DNA of 32,000 nt from Candidatus Saccharimonadota bacterium (GTDB taxonomy: Bacteria > Pseudomonadota > Gammaproteobacteria > Enterobacterales > Enterobacteriaceae). Under the pieces are notes generated by a model, which was given only the letters and a program-made list of their open reading frames with translations, was not told the origin of the DNA and made no database searches. The stretch covers positions 270,001 through 302,000 of the forward strand of contig NC_008513.1 in NCBI RefSeq assembly GCF_000090965.1, in the 5' to 3' direction. A program made the position numbers and the translations under genes. Position 1 is the first letter of the stretch; each line of letters opens with the position of its first letter. Shown here piece by piece: positions 10,008-19,983 of this stretch.

Positions 10008-11354
10008 ATGTTTAATAATTTAACAAAAAAAATAACTAATATTTTTGATAAAATATCATATAAAAGTTATTTAGAAAAAAAAACAATAAAAAAAACATTA
10101 AATAAAATAAAGTTAGCATTTTTAGATGCAGATGTTGCATTAAATGTAATTAAATTATTTTTAAAAAAAATAAAAAAAAAAATAAAAAAAAAAAAAATTA
10201 ATAAAAATTTAAGTCCTAGTCAAAATTTAATAAATATAATACTAAAAGAATTAATTAAAATTTTAGGAAAAAATCATTATTCTTTTAATTTTTTATTTAA
10301 TCAATTAAATATTTGTACTGTTATTGGTCAACAGGGGGTAGGAAAAACGACGAGCACTGCAAAATTAGCATATTTATTAACAAAAAAATATAAAAAAAAA
10401 GTCTTAGTAGTATCCACTGATATATATAGACCAGCTGCTATTGTTCAATTAAAAAGATTAATAGAAAAAACAAAAGCAAATTTTTTTCCATCTGTAGTAA
10501 CACAAAAAATAATGACTATTATTAAATCAGCTATTAAAGAAGCTAAAAGAAAAAAATATGATGTATTATTAATTGACACAGCAGGAAGATTACATAACAA
10601 TAGTAAAAAAATTCAAGAATTAAAAAAAATACAAGAATATACTCAACCAAATGAAACATTGTTAATTATTGATTCTATGATAGGGCAAGATTCAATTAAT
10701 TTAATTAATAAGTTTAATAAAGAATTTAATTTATCAGGAATTATTCTAACAAAATTAGATAGTGATACAAGAGGAGGAGTTGCATTATCAATTCGTACAT
10801 TAACAAAAAAACCAATAAAATATATTGGAACTGGAGAAAAAATTTATGATTTACAAATTTTTCATCCTGAAAGAATTGCAAAAAGAATTTTAGGAATGGG
10901 AGATGTAATCTCTTTAATAGAAGATATTCAAGATAAAATAAAAAAAAAAGAACTAAATTTATTAAATGAAACTACAAAAAAAGGAAAAATTTATAATTTA
11001 AATGATTTTTTAATACAAATTAAACAAATTAAAAAGATTGGAGGAATTAATTCATTAATTAATAAATTACCAATAAATATAATTTCTTCTAATTCATTAT
11101 TCAATGATATAGATGAAAAATCTTTTATAAAAATTGAAGCTATGATTAATTCTATGACTAAAAAAGAAAGAGAATTTCCTACAATTATAAAAGCTTCTCG
11201 AAAAAAAAGAATTTCATTAGGTTCAGGAAATACTATACAAGAAATTAATATTTATTTAAAAAAATTTGAAAATATTAAACGAATTATGAAAAAAATTAAA
11301 ACAAATAAAAAAAACAAAATATTTGAAAGTATTAAAAATTATTTAATAAAATAG
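10008..11354 (+). CDS. ffh: Signal recognition particle protein Ffh (SRP54)
   Basis: The 448-aa product carries GQQGVGKTTSTAKLA (G1), LIDTAGRL, TKLDSDTRGG and an M-domain ending the protein, colinear with E. coli Ffh. Confidence 0.95.
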   Translation: MFNNLTKKITNIFDKISYKSYLEKKTIKKTLNKIKLAFLDADVALNVIKLFLKKIKKKIKKKKINKNLSPSQNLINIILKELIKILGKNHYSFNFLFNQLNICTVIGQQGVGKTTSTAKLAYLLTKKYKKKVLVVSTDIYRPAAIVQLKRLIEKTKANFFPSVVTQKIMTIIKSAIKEAKRKKYDVLLIDTAGRLHNNSKKIQELKKIQEYTQPNETLLIIDSMIGQDSINLINKFNKEFNLSGIILTKLDSDTRGGVALSIRTLTKKPIKYIGTGEKIYDLQIFHPERIAKRILGMGDVISLIEDIQDKIKKKELNLLNETTKKGKIYNLNDFLIQIKQIKKIGGINSLINKLPINIISSNSLFNDIDEKSFIKIEAMINSMTKKEREFPTIIKASRKKRISLGSGNTIQEINIYLKKFENIKRIMKKIKTNKKNKIFESIKNYLIK

Positions 11355-11408
11355 ATAATATTTTTATATTATGCAAATATTATTTTAAATTATAGAACAG
11401 GAAAAAAA

Positions 11409-11675
11409 ATGATCAAAATAAGATTATCTAGACATGGAATGAAAAAAAAACCATTTTATCAAATAATTATAGCTAATGTAAGATCCTCTAGAAATGGTAA
11501 ATTTATTGAACGCGTTGGATTTTTTAATCCTTTTGCCAAAAAAAATGAAGAAAAAATACGAATTTCAACTAAAAGAATACAATATTGGTTAGAAAAAGGA
11601 GCTAAAAAAACGAATAGAATTAAAAATTTATTAATACAATTTAAAAAAATATCATCAAATAACATTAAAATATAA
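11409..11675 (+). CDS. rpsP: 30S ribosomal protein S16
   Basis: MIKIRLSRHGMKKKPFYQIIIANVRSSRNGKFIERVGFFNP matches the E. coli S16 N-terminus. It is the first gene of the conserved rpsP-rimM-trmD-rplS operon. Confidence 0.95.
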   Translation: MIKIRLSRHGMKKKPFYQIIIANVRSSRNGKFIERVGFFNPFAKKNEEKIRISTKRIQYWLEKGAKKTNRIKNLLIQFKKISSNNIKI

Positions 11676-11692
11676 ATTTTTACTTAACAATT

Positions 11693-12202
11693 ATGATTAC
11701 AATAGGAAAAATAGGTAAACCATATGGAATTCTAGGTTGGTTTCATATGTTTTCTTATACAGAAAAAAAAAATAATATTTTTAATTATTTTCCGTGGAAA
11801 TTAGAAAAATCAAATATTTTATTATATAAAAATAATATTATACATTATAAAACACATACAGATCATTTTTTAATAAAAATAAAAGATATAAATAATCGAA
11901 CACAAACTTTAAATTTTATAAAACAAAATATATTAATCAAAAATTTTCAATTACCAAAATTAAAAAATAAAGAATATTATTGGAATGATATTTTCTCATG
12001 TTATATATTTGATTTAAAAAAAAAAAAAATAGGATCTATAAAAAATATTATAGACAATAAATTTTATTGTACTTTAGAAATTTTATATAAAAAAAAAAAA
12101 ATATATATACCTTTTATACAACCAAATTTCATCAAGAAAATAGATATAAAAAAAAAAATTATAGTTATTGACTTAACTAATTTAAATAACCAATTAATTT
12201 AA
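11693..12202 (+). CDS. rimM: 16S rRNA processing protein RimM
   Basis: GKIGKPYGILGWFHMFSYTE matches E. coli [20 protein letters not shown], and EYYWNDIFSC matches DYYWKDLMGC. Its position in the operon agrees. Confidence 0.9.
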   Translation: MITIGKIGKPYGILGWFHMFSYTEKKNNIFNYFPWKLEKSNILLYKNNIIHYKTHTDHFLIKIKDINNRTQTLNFIKQNILIKNFQLPKLKNKEYYWNDIFSCYIFDLKKKKIGSIKNIIDNKFYCTLEILYKKKKIYIPFIQPNFIKKIDIKKKIIVIDLTNLNNQLI

Positions 12203-12213
12203 ATATACAAAAA

Positions 12214-12900
12214 ATGATATATTTTACTGTTATTAGTATTTTTCCAAATTTATTTAAAAATATTTTTAAATATGGAATAATATCCCAAGCAATCAAAAAA
12301 AAAATAATTCAAATAAATATATTAAATTTAAGAGATTATAGTAATAATAAAAGAAAAAAAATAGATGATAAAGTATACGGTGGTGGTTCTGGAATGTTAA
12401 TTATGTTTTTACCTTTATTTTTAGCTGTTAAAACAGCTAAAAAAAAATATGGAAAAAAAAGTATTGTTATATATTTATCACCACAAGGAAAATTATTAAA
12501 CCAAAATTATTTAAAAAATTTTATTAAAAATAAACATATAATATTTATTTGTGGACGTTATAAAGGTATAGACGAACGTTTTATAAAAACGCAAGTAGAT
12601 GAAGAATGGTCTATTGGAAATTATATTTTAAGTGGGGGAGAAATACCTGCAATAGTATTTATTGATGTAATTACAAGAATGATACCTGGAGTTCTTAACA
12701 ATAAAAAATCTTTGATTGAAGAATCATTTTCAAATAATCTTTTAGATTGTCCTAATTATACTAAACCAAAAAAAATTTTAAATTATTCTGTTCCAAAAGT
12801 TTTATTATCAGGAAATCATAAAAAAATAAAAGAATGGAGAATAAAACATGCATTAAAAAATACAATTTTAAAAAAACCAAATATTTTAAAAAGAAAATAA
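12214..12900 (+). CDS. trmD: tRNA (guanine37-N1)-methyltransferase TrmD
   Basis: The product carries ISIFPNLF, DDKVYGGGSGML, YLSPQGKLL, CGRYKGIDERF, EEWSIGNYILSGGEIPA and LLSGNHKKIKEWR, colinear with E. coli TrmD. Confidence 0.95.
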   Translation: MIYFTVISIFPNLFKNIFKYGIISQAIKKKIIQINILNLRDYSNNKRKKIDDKVYGGGSGMLIMFLPLFLAVKTAKKKYGKKSIVIYLSPQGKLLNQNYLKNFIKNKHIIFICGRYKGIDERFIKTQVDEEWSIGNYILSGGEIPAIVFIDVITRMIPGVLNNKKSLIEESFSNNLLDCPNYTKPKKILNYSVPKVLLSGNHKKIKEWRIKHALKNTILKKPNILKRK

Positions 12901-12970
12901 TTATATATAATATATAATTAATATTATTTAAAATATCATAAATAAATAAATTTAAACATGAGTCATTACA

Positions 12971-13318
12971 ATGAATAATTATATAAGAAATATAGAAAAT
13001 CAGTATAAAAAAAAAAATATTCCATCATTTAAATCTGGAGATTCTATTATTGTAAAAATTTGGATTTTAGAAGGAGAAAAAAAACGTATTCAATCATTTG
13101 AAGGAATTGTAATAGCAAAAAGAAATAGAAATCTTAATTCTAGTTTTACAGTACGAAAAATATCTAATGGAGAAGGAGTAGAAAGAAAATTTTTAATTCA
13201 TTCTCCAAATATACATGAAATTAAAATTGTTAGAAAAGGATTAGTAAGAAAAGCGAAATTATATTATTTACGTAGTCGTATCGGAAAATCTGCTAGAATA
13301 AAAGAATCTTTAAAATAA
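12971..13318 (+). CDS. rplS: 50S ribosomal protein L19
   Basis: The 115-aa product carries [57 protein letters not shown] and [18 protein letters not shown], colinear with E. coli L19 (115 aa). Confidence 0.96.
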   Translation: MNNYIRNIENQYKKKNIPSFKSGDSIIVKIWILEGEKKRIQSFEGIVIAKRNRNLNSSFTVRKISNGEGVERKFLIHSPNIHEIKIVRKGLVRKAKLYYLRSRIGKSARIKESLK

Positions 13319-13329
13319 AAATTTTAAAA

Positions 13330-13355
13330 GCAGTCAAAATAAAAGAATTGACTGC
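13330..13355. terminator. Hairpin between rplS and the tldD relic
   Basis: GCAGTCAA (13330..13337) pairs with TTGACTGC (13348..13355) around a 10-nt loop. The T run follows only on the minus strand (complement of 13326..13329), so it is shaped like the terminator of the now-dead tldD. It also sits 12 nt after the rplS stop and may still stop that operon. Confidence 0.5.
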
Positions 13356-13374
13356 AAAAATTCATAATTTTATA

Positions 13375-14799
13375 TTACAATATATCAATTATAGATAATT
13401 TATTTATTTTAATAGTTACTAGTAATCTTATAAATACCAGAATATTTTATCCATATTTTTAAATAAAAACTTATATCATAATCAAAAAATGAATTTTTTC
13501 TTATAATATAAACAGATTTCTATAACTTATATACTGAATCCAACCAATATCTTTTTTTTAATTATACAAAAAATTTTACTATTTAAAATTATATAAATTT
13601 CTAAAATAGAAAAAATCAAATTTTTTAAGGTAATATCGACCTTATCTCTAAATAACATTACAGTGTATATTTTATACTTAATATTTGTAATAATTGTTAA
13701 TAAAATACTTTGTTTTTCTAATAATAAAATTATCTTATTTATATAAGGAATTAATATATTAATATTAAAATTTTTGTCTTTTATTATTAATGATTTTACT
13801 ATTTATAAAATAAATGTTTAATTATTCTATAAAAAATATTTTAAAATTCAATTTTAATAAAAATATTAGTATATTAATTTAGTATACTTACATTATTAAT
13901 ACTAATAGATTTATAAAAATTAGATAATTTTTCATTATTAATAATAGTAAAAAATTAAGAAGATATTTTTTCTAATTTTTTATAAAATATAGAAATTTTT
14001 ATAAAAACATTTTCTTCTAAACTATTTTAATTTTTATAGAAATCAAATATTTAATTATCTAAAATTTAAAATAACTAAAAAAGATTCTATAAAAAAGTTA
14101 GTAAAAGGGGAAAAGGAAAAAAAATTTCTTTATTCTAAAATTCTATTACTAATTCTTTATTTAATTTTTTAAAAAAACTATTAAATTTTTTAATTTCTTC
14201 TTTTATTATAAAAATTTATCTTATAATTATTATTATAATCTATAATTACTTTAATATTAATAACAATTAATAAGATCATATCAGTAATTAAAAATTAATA
14301 ATTAGTAAAACTAATCAAAATTTTTTTATATTTATAAATAAAAACAGTATATACATTCATAATATGAAAATTTTTTCTTCTTTCTAATTTATTAATAATA
14401 TTTAAAATATTAATTTTTTCTTTAGATAAATATTTTTTAAAAAAATTTTAATAAAAATATTAAGATTTCTTATTAAAATATAAATAATTTTTATATTTTA
14501 TATTTAAAATTCTAATTAAAGTTATTTTATTAATTATATTAATAAATTTAATTAGATTTTTAAGTCTAATTAAATGTTTATAAAAATAGTAGACATATCT
14601 TATACTACTTTTATTTTTACTTTATGAATATAAATATATATACTTTTTTTTTTACTTTATTTTTTAAAACTTATATTTTTTTTTAATTAAAAATAAACGC
14701 CCTAAAAATAATATTTTTATTTTTTATATCATTTAAGAAAAATAAAAATCATTTATAAAAATTAGATATATTTAAAAAATCAGTTATATTATCTAACAT
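13375..14799 (-). pseudogene. tldD: Eroded metalloprotease gene tldD (nearly full length, with multiple stops and frameshifts)
   Basis: No ORF of 60 aa or more on either strand across 1.6 kb. Minus-strand codons 13679..13530 read KYKIYTVMLFRDKVDITLKNLIFSILEIYIILNSKIFCIIKKKILVGFSI then TAA. This aligns ungapped with E. coli TldD [51 protein letters not shown] (18/50 identical, VDIT exact). The tail 13458..13375 reads KYG*NILVFIRLLVTIKINKLSIIDIL* versus [26 protein letters not shown]. The head from the ATG at 14799 reads MLDNITDFLNISNFYK*. The span is 1425 nt versus 1446 nt for the E. coli gene. Confidence 0.8.
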
Positions 14800-14942
14800 A
14801 TAAAATTAAAATTATAAAAATAATTAATTATACAAATATATCTTATATTTTTTATAAAAAACTATAATTTTTTTTTTAAAATGTTATTATATAATAATAT
14901 AATTATTTTAATTTATAAATTTTTATTTATATGGTAGATATT

Positions 14943-15401
14943 ATGAAAAAAAAAATTAATATATTGTTAATTAACGGACCTAATTTAAATTTATTAGGAA
15001 CAAGAGAACCAGAAATATATGGAAAAAAAACACTAGAACAAATAGTTAATAAAATTAAAAAAAAATCAATTCTTTTAAATGTTACTTTATATGATTTTCA
15101 ATCTAATGCAGAACATAAAATAGTAGAAAAAATACATAATTGTAAGAAAAATAATATACAATTTATTTTAATTAATCCCGGTGCTTTTACTCATACTAGT
15201 ATTTCTATACGAGATGCTTTATCAGCTATAAATATACCATTTTTTGAAATTCATATATCTAACATCTTTGCTAGAGAAAATTTTAGATCTCACTCCTGGA
15301 TGTCTGATATAGCACAAGGTGTTATATCAGGTTTTGGAAATTACGGATATCAAATAGCATTAAAGACTGCAGTAAAATTTTTATTAGAAAAAGAAAAATA
15401 A
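14943..15401 (+). CDS. aroQ: 3-dehydroquinate dehydratase, type II
   Basis: [43 protein letters not shown] and [15 protein letters not shown] are classic type II dehydroquinase motifs. The ORF track starts 4 codons earlier (ATG at 14931). The ATG at 14943 fits family N-termini better, and either start is possible. Confidence 0.93.
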   Translation: MKKKINILLINGPNLNLLGTREPEIYGKKTLEQIVNKIKKKSILLNVTLYDFQSNAEHKIVEKIHNCKKNNIQFILINPGAFTHTSISIRDALSAINIPFFEIHISNIFARENFRSHSWMSDIAQGVISGFGNYGYQIALKTAVKFLLEKEK

Positions 15402-15440
15402 TTAATTTTTATTTTTTATAAAAAACAATATATATAATAT

Positions 15441-15767
15441 TTATATATTAAAATTTTTTGATTTTTTAAAGATATTATTTTTATAATAAATATTTAATTT
15501 TTTTCTTAATGTACCTCTATTAATTCCTAATATTATAGCTGCTTGAGTTTGATTTCCTCTAGTAAATTGCATAACACTATCAAATAATGGTTTTTCAATT
15601 TTAGATAAAAATATTTTATATAAATTATTTTCGTTTTTATCTATTAATTTAAAAAAATAATTTTTTAATGCTAATTTAACACAATCTTCTAAAGAAAACG
15701 CAAATTTTTCTTGATTAATGATTTTTGATACAATAAATTGACTATTATTTTTATTTTTTTTAAACAT
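15441..15767 (-). CDS. fis: DNA-binding nucleoid protein Fis
   Basis: The C-terminal [25 protein letters not shown] matches the E. coli Fis HTH ([25 protein letters not shown]). ALKNYF and [15 protein letters not shown] also match. Confidence 0.93.
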   Translation of the reverse strand: [108 protein letters not shown]

Positions 15768-15848
15768 ATATACACTTAAATAAATTTATATTATTAAAAT
15801 AATAAAAAACATTATATAAAAATTTTTTATAAAACATTTTTTTTAAAA

Positions 15849-16813
15849 TTAATTCATATCTTCTGAATATAAAACATTAATTAATGATAACATATCTTTT
15901 GGGGGATAGATAATCCAATTTTTTTTTTTGTTCGTTTTTGGATGTATAAAATTTAACATTCTAGCGTGTAAAGCTGGTCGATTAAATTTAGATAAAAAAT
16001 TTTTCATTTTTTTAGAACAATTAGAAAAATTAGATTTAATACCTTTAGAATATATTTTATCTCCTAATACTGGATGAAAAATTGATGATAAATGTACTCT
16101 AATCTGATGCATTCTACCAGTTTTTAATTGAATTCGAAGATATGTGTGATTTTTAAAAATTGTTATTACTGAATAATATGTAATTGCTTGTTTACCTCCT
16201 ATACCTACGGTCATTTTTGTACGATTGTAAATATCACGTTTTATTGGTTTTTCTATTTTTCCGTCTACTTCTATTCTTCCGATTACAATAACATCATATT
16301 CTTTAATAATTTTTCGTTTTTTGAACAAATTAATTAAAAAATAATATGTAGAAATTGTTTTAGCTACTACTAAAATTCCTGTAGTATTACGATCTAATCT
16401 ATGAACTATTCCCGCTCTAGGTATCAATAAATTATCAGGATAATGAAAAATTAAAGCGTTTAATAACGTTCCAGATGTATTCCCATAACCTAAATGAACT
16501 ACAAAATTAGTTGGTTTATTTATAATTAATATTTCAGAATCTTCAAAAATTATATTTAAAAATATATTTTCTTTTTTAATTTTAATAAAATTTGATTTTT
16601 TATTTATTATAAGAGATATTCTATCTTTAAATAAAATTTTTTTTTTGGTTTATTAGCTGTAATATTATTTACTTTTATAAATCCTGATAAAATCCATTTT
16701 TTTATAGAAGATCTAGAAAAAGAATTTAAATGTTTTACTAAAATTTTATCTAATCTAATACTTTTCTCTTTTAGTTTTGGAACTATAAAATTAATTTTTT
16801 TTAAATTTGACAT
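15849..16813 (-). pseudogene. rluD: 23S rRNA pseudouridine synthase RluD, reading frame broken only at an A10 tract (pseudogene or slippage-rescued gene)
   Basis: The N-terminal S4-like part (16813..16607, ...SFSRSSIKKWILSGFIKVNNITANKPKKK) and the catalytic part are in different frames. The catalytic frame is open from 16649 down to 15849 and includes [27 protein letters not shown] and TGRMHQIRVH. The two frames meet at ten A residues (T10 on the + strand, 16637..16646). An eleventh A would give one 321-codon ORF colinear with E. coli RluD (326 aa). Confidence 0.85.
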
Positions 16814-16952
16814 ATTAACCTTGTTAAAATTTTTATATTAAAATTTATAATAATATTCTTTTATTAACAATAAATTTAATATAATAATCCTTATTTTTAA
16901 AAAATTATATTAAATTATCAATAAATAATTTATTAATATATCATAAAAGTAT

Positions 16953-16980
16953 TTGACTAATATACAAAATATATTATTAA
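16953..16980 (+). promoter_or_regulatory. Candidate sigma70-type promoter for alaS
   Basis: TTGACT (16953..16958), a 16-nt spacer, then TATTAA (16975..16980), about 50 nt upstream of the alaS ATG. A G-containing -35 hexamer is rare in these spacers, but -10-like hexamers are everywhere, so the support is weak. Confidence 0.25.
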
Positions 16981-17030
16981 ATAATAAAAACTATTTTTAT
17001 TTTTAAATAACATTTTAAAAGAACAAAAAT

Positions 17031-19676
17031 ATGAAAACTGACAAAATTCGTGCTATGTTTTTACAATTTTTTAAAGAAAAAAATCATAAAATTTTTAAAA
17101 GTAGTTCTTTAATACCTAAAGATGATAATTCTTTATTATTTACAAATGCTGGAATGAATCAATTTAAAAAAATATATTTAAAAAACAAAAAAAAAAATCA
17201 ATTATCTATTGCTACTTCACAATATTGTATTAGAACTGGGGGAAAACATGATGATTTAAAAAAAGTTGGTCATACTCCATATCATCATACATTATTTGAA
17301 ATGTTAGGAAACTTCAGTTTTGGTGAATATTTTAAAGAAAATGCTATTAAATATGCTTGGGAATTTTTAACACATAAAAAATGGTTAAATTTATCTAAAA
17401 AAAAAATATGGATTACATATTATTATAATGATAATGAAACAAAAAAAATTTGGTTAAATATTATTAAAATAAAAAATACTCATTTAATTAAAATATATGA
17501 TAAAAAAAATATTAAATATAATTCAGATAATTTTTGGAAAATGGGAGATTTAGGTCCTTGTGGTCCTAGTACAGAAATTTTTTATTACCAAAAAAAAAAT
17601 AGAAAAGAAAAAAAATCAATAAAAAGTTATAAAGAACTAGAAAAATATTGCTTAGAAATTTGGAATTTAGTATTTATGGAATTTAATCAAATTACAAAAA
17701 AAAAAATAATTAAATTACCAATTCCATCAATAGACACAGGTATGGGATTAGAACGTATTTCTGTTATTTTGCAAAATGTTAAATCTATATTTCATACAAA
17801 TAATTTTATTCAATTAATAGAAGCTATTAAAAAAAAAATAAAAATAAAAATAAAAAAAAAAAATAATGTTTCATTAAAAATAATTTCAGATCATATTAGA
17901 ACATCAACATGTTTAATTGCAGAAAATATATTGCCTGGAAATGAAGGAAGAAATTACGTATTAAGAAAAATTATTAGAAGAGCTTTATGTCATGGATATT
18001 TTATAGGATTACAAAAACCATTTTTTTATAAATTATCAGAATTAATTATTTATAATATGAAAAAAATGAATTATGATTTTCATATTCAAGAAAAAATTCA
18101 TAAAATAAAAAAAATATTATTTTATGAAGAAAAACAATTTTATTATATTTTAGAAAATGGATTACAAAAACTAAAAAAAATTATAAAAAATATAAAAAAA
18201 AATAAAATTTGTGAACAAAAAATATTTACTTTATATGATACATATGGATTACCTATTCAAATAACACAAAAATTTTGTAAAAAAAAAAATATATCATTTA
18301 ATATAAATAAATTAAATTTAATTATCAAAAATAATAAAAAAAAACAAAAAAATAAAGAAAAAAAGAAAAAAAATTTTTCTTTTATTACTTTTAAAAAAAA
18401 ATCAATTTTTGATGGCTATCATATCTATGAAAAAAAATCTAAAATTATTCAAATTATTTATAAAAATAAAAATGTATTAAAATTATCTAAATCTCAATTA
18501 GGAATTATTATATTAGATATAACACCATTTTTTAGTAAATCTAGTGGTCAAATAGGAGATTCAGGAAAAATATTAAACGATAAAGGAATTTTTATTGTTC
18601 AAAAAACAAAAAAATTTGATAATTATATCCTACATATAGGATATATAAAACATGGTTGTATAAATATTAAAGATATTGTTCATGCTAAAATCAATAAAAA
18701 AAAAAGAAAAACAATACAATCAAATCATTCAGCTACACATTTATTAAATGCTGCTTTATGTAAAATTTTTTCAGAAAAAATCATACAAAAAGGTTCATTT
18801 ATAAATGATAAATATTTAAGATTTGATTTTTTTTGTAATAAAACTCTTACTGAAGAAAAAATAAATTATTTAGAAAATATTATTAATAAAAAGATTCAAA
18901 AAAATATACCTATTAACTTTGTTATTACATCTTTTAAAAAAGCAAAAAAAAAAAAAATAAAATTTTTATTAGAAAAAAAATATAAAAAAACTGTTCGTAT
19001 AATTTATATTAAAAATTTTTCTATTGAATTATGTAACGGAACACACCATGATAATACAGGAAAAATTGGATGTTTTAAAATTATTGCATATAATAATATT
19101 GGAAATGAAATAAAAAGAATTACCGCAATAACTGGTATGGAAGTAATACAATATTTTAATGACAAAGATAAAATAAATAAAAAATTAGAAAATTTATTTT
19201 CAACTAATATTCATAATATTTATTTAATAGCTAAAAATATAGTAAATAAAAATAAAAAACTTTTAGAAGAAAATATAAAATTAAAAAACAAAAATATTAT
19301 AGAAATTTCAAAAATTTTAATATCAAAGGCGTATTTATCAAATAAAAAATTTTTAATTATTGAAAAAACATCATATATAGAATATAAACTACTTAGAAAA
19401 TTATCAGATATACTTAAAGAAAAATTAAAATCATTAATTGTTATATTAATTAATGATAACAATAAGAAAATAAATTTTTTAATTAGCATTACTAAAAATT
19501 TAAAACATATTATAAATTTAAATAATATAAAAAACATTATATTTTCAGTAATTCCAGGAACTGGAGGAGGAAAAAAAACAATTATTGAAGGTAAATTTAA
19601 TATAGATAAAATTCATTTATATAAAATAGATAAAATAAAAAAAAAAATTATTAAATATATTAATAAATATAAATAA
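17031..19676 (+). CDS. alaS: Alanine--tRNA ligase
   Basis: The 881-aa product carries SSSLIPKDDNSLLFTNAGMNQFK, RTGGKHDDL..VGHT.YHHTLFEMLGNFSFGEYFK, IDTGMGLERI, the editing-domain HSATHLL and CNGTH, colinear with E. coli AlaRS. Confidence 0.97.
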   Translation: MKTDKIRAMFLQFFKEKNHKIFKSSSLIPKDDNSLLFTNAGMNQFKKIYLKNKKKNQLSIATSQYCIRTGGKHDDLKKVGHTPYHHTLFEMLGNFSFGEYFKENAIKYAWEFLTHKKWLNLSKKKIWITYYYNDNETKKIWLNIIKIKNTHLIKIYDKKNIKYNSDNFWKMGDLGPCGPSTEIFYYQKKNRKEKKSIKSYKELEKYCLEIWNLVFMEFNQITKKKIIKLPIPSIDTGMGLERISVILQNVKSIFHTNNFIQLIEAIKKKIKIKIKKKNNVSLKIISDHIRTSTCLIAENILPGNEGRNYVLRKIIRRALCHGYFIGLQKPFFYKLSELIIYNMKKMNYDFHIQEKIHKIKKILFYEEKQFYYILENGLQKLKKIIKNIKKNKICEQKIFTLYDTYGLPIQITQKFCKKKNISFNINKLNLIIKNNKKKQKNKEKKKKNFSFITFKKKSIFDGYHIYEKKSKIIQIIYKNKNVLKLSKSQLGIIILDITPFFSKSSGQIGDSGKILNDKGIFIVQKTKKFDNYILHIGYIKHGCINIKDIVHAKINKKKRKTIQSNHSATHLLNAALCKIFSEKIIQKGSFINDKYLRFDFFCNKTLTEEKINYLENIINKKIQKNIPINFVITSFKKAKKKKIKFLLEKKYKKTVRIIYIKNFSIELCNGTHHDNTGKIGCFKIIAYNNIGNEIKRITAITGMEVIQYFNDKDKINKKLENLFSTNIHNIYLIAKNIVNKNKKLLEENIKLKNKNIIEISKILISKAYLSNKKFLIIEKTSYIEYKLLRKLSDILKEKLKSLIVILINDNNKKINFLISITKNLKHIINLNNIKNIIFSVIPGTGGGKKTIIEGKFNIDKIHLYKIDKIKKKIIKYINKYK

Positions 19677-19785
19677 TAATAATTTTTTAAAAATTTAAAA
19701 TTATTAACAATTTTAATGATTAAAAATAAATTTGTTTATATTATTATAATATAAACATTTTTTTACAAAAAGGGATAAAAAGAAA

Positions 19786-19965
19786 ATGCTTATTTTAACT
19801 CGTCGAATTGGCGAAACATTAATAATCGGCGATGAAATAACAGTAACTCTTTTAGGGATTAAAGGAAATCAAATTCGTGTTGGTATTAATGCTCCTAAAA
19901 AAATTTCTGTACATCGAGAAGAAATATATAAAAAAATTCAATTAGAAAAAAAAAATCTACTTTAA
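19786..19965 (+). CDS. csrA: Carbon storage regulator CsrA (59 aa, below the ORF-track cutoff)
   Basis: My translation is [60 protein letters not shown]. coli CsrA is [55 protein letters not shown]. An AAGGGA SD lies upstream, and the gene follows alaS as in E. coli. Confidence 0.95.
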   Translation: MLILTRRIGETLIIGDEITVTLLGIKGNQIRVGINAPKKISVHREEIYKKIQLEKKNLL

Positions 19966-19983
19966 TTTATTAAAAATAAATTT

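Noticed and set aside
11459-11665. 68-aa ORF on the - strand
   Set aside because: It is antisense inside rpsP, which is unambiguous.
13529-13551. Alternative-frame reading DIGWIQYISYRNL as the TldD LIGSGIETMQQISMVGNDL segment
   Set aside because: The ungapped frame continuing from VDIT (…KKKILVGFSI*) aligns better and keeps register with E. coli. The alternative-frame resemblance is probably coincidental, and the exact position of the downstream frameshift remains unresolved.
13320-14930. The 1.6 kb ORF-free region as a possible novel non-coding RNA locus, CRISPR leader or array, or replication-related region
   Set aside because: Minus-strand translation shows colinear TldD homology from a start at 14799 to a stop at 13375. 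The short direct repeats inside it (e.g. TTTTTACTTTAT at about 14622 and about 14650) are irregular low-complexity matches, not an array.
15412-15425. TTTTTTATAAAAAA palindrome between convergent aroQ and fis, considered as a terminator
   Set aside because: It is a pure A/T 14-mer with no loop and negligible stem stability, indistinguishable from background low complexity.
19220-19537. 105-aa ORF on the - strand
   Set aside because: It is antisense inside the alaS C-terminal region. Its Phe/Ile/Leu-rich translation is the mirror of the poly-Lys/Asn coding strand.
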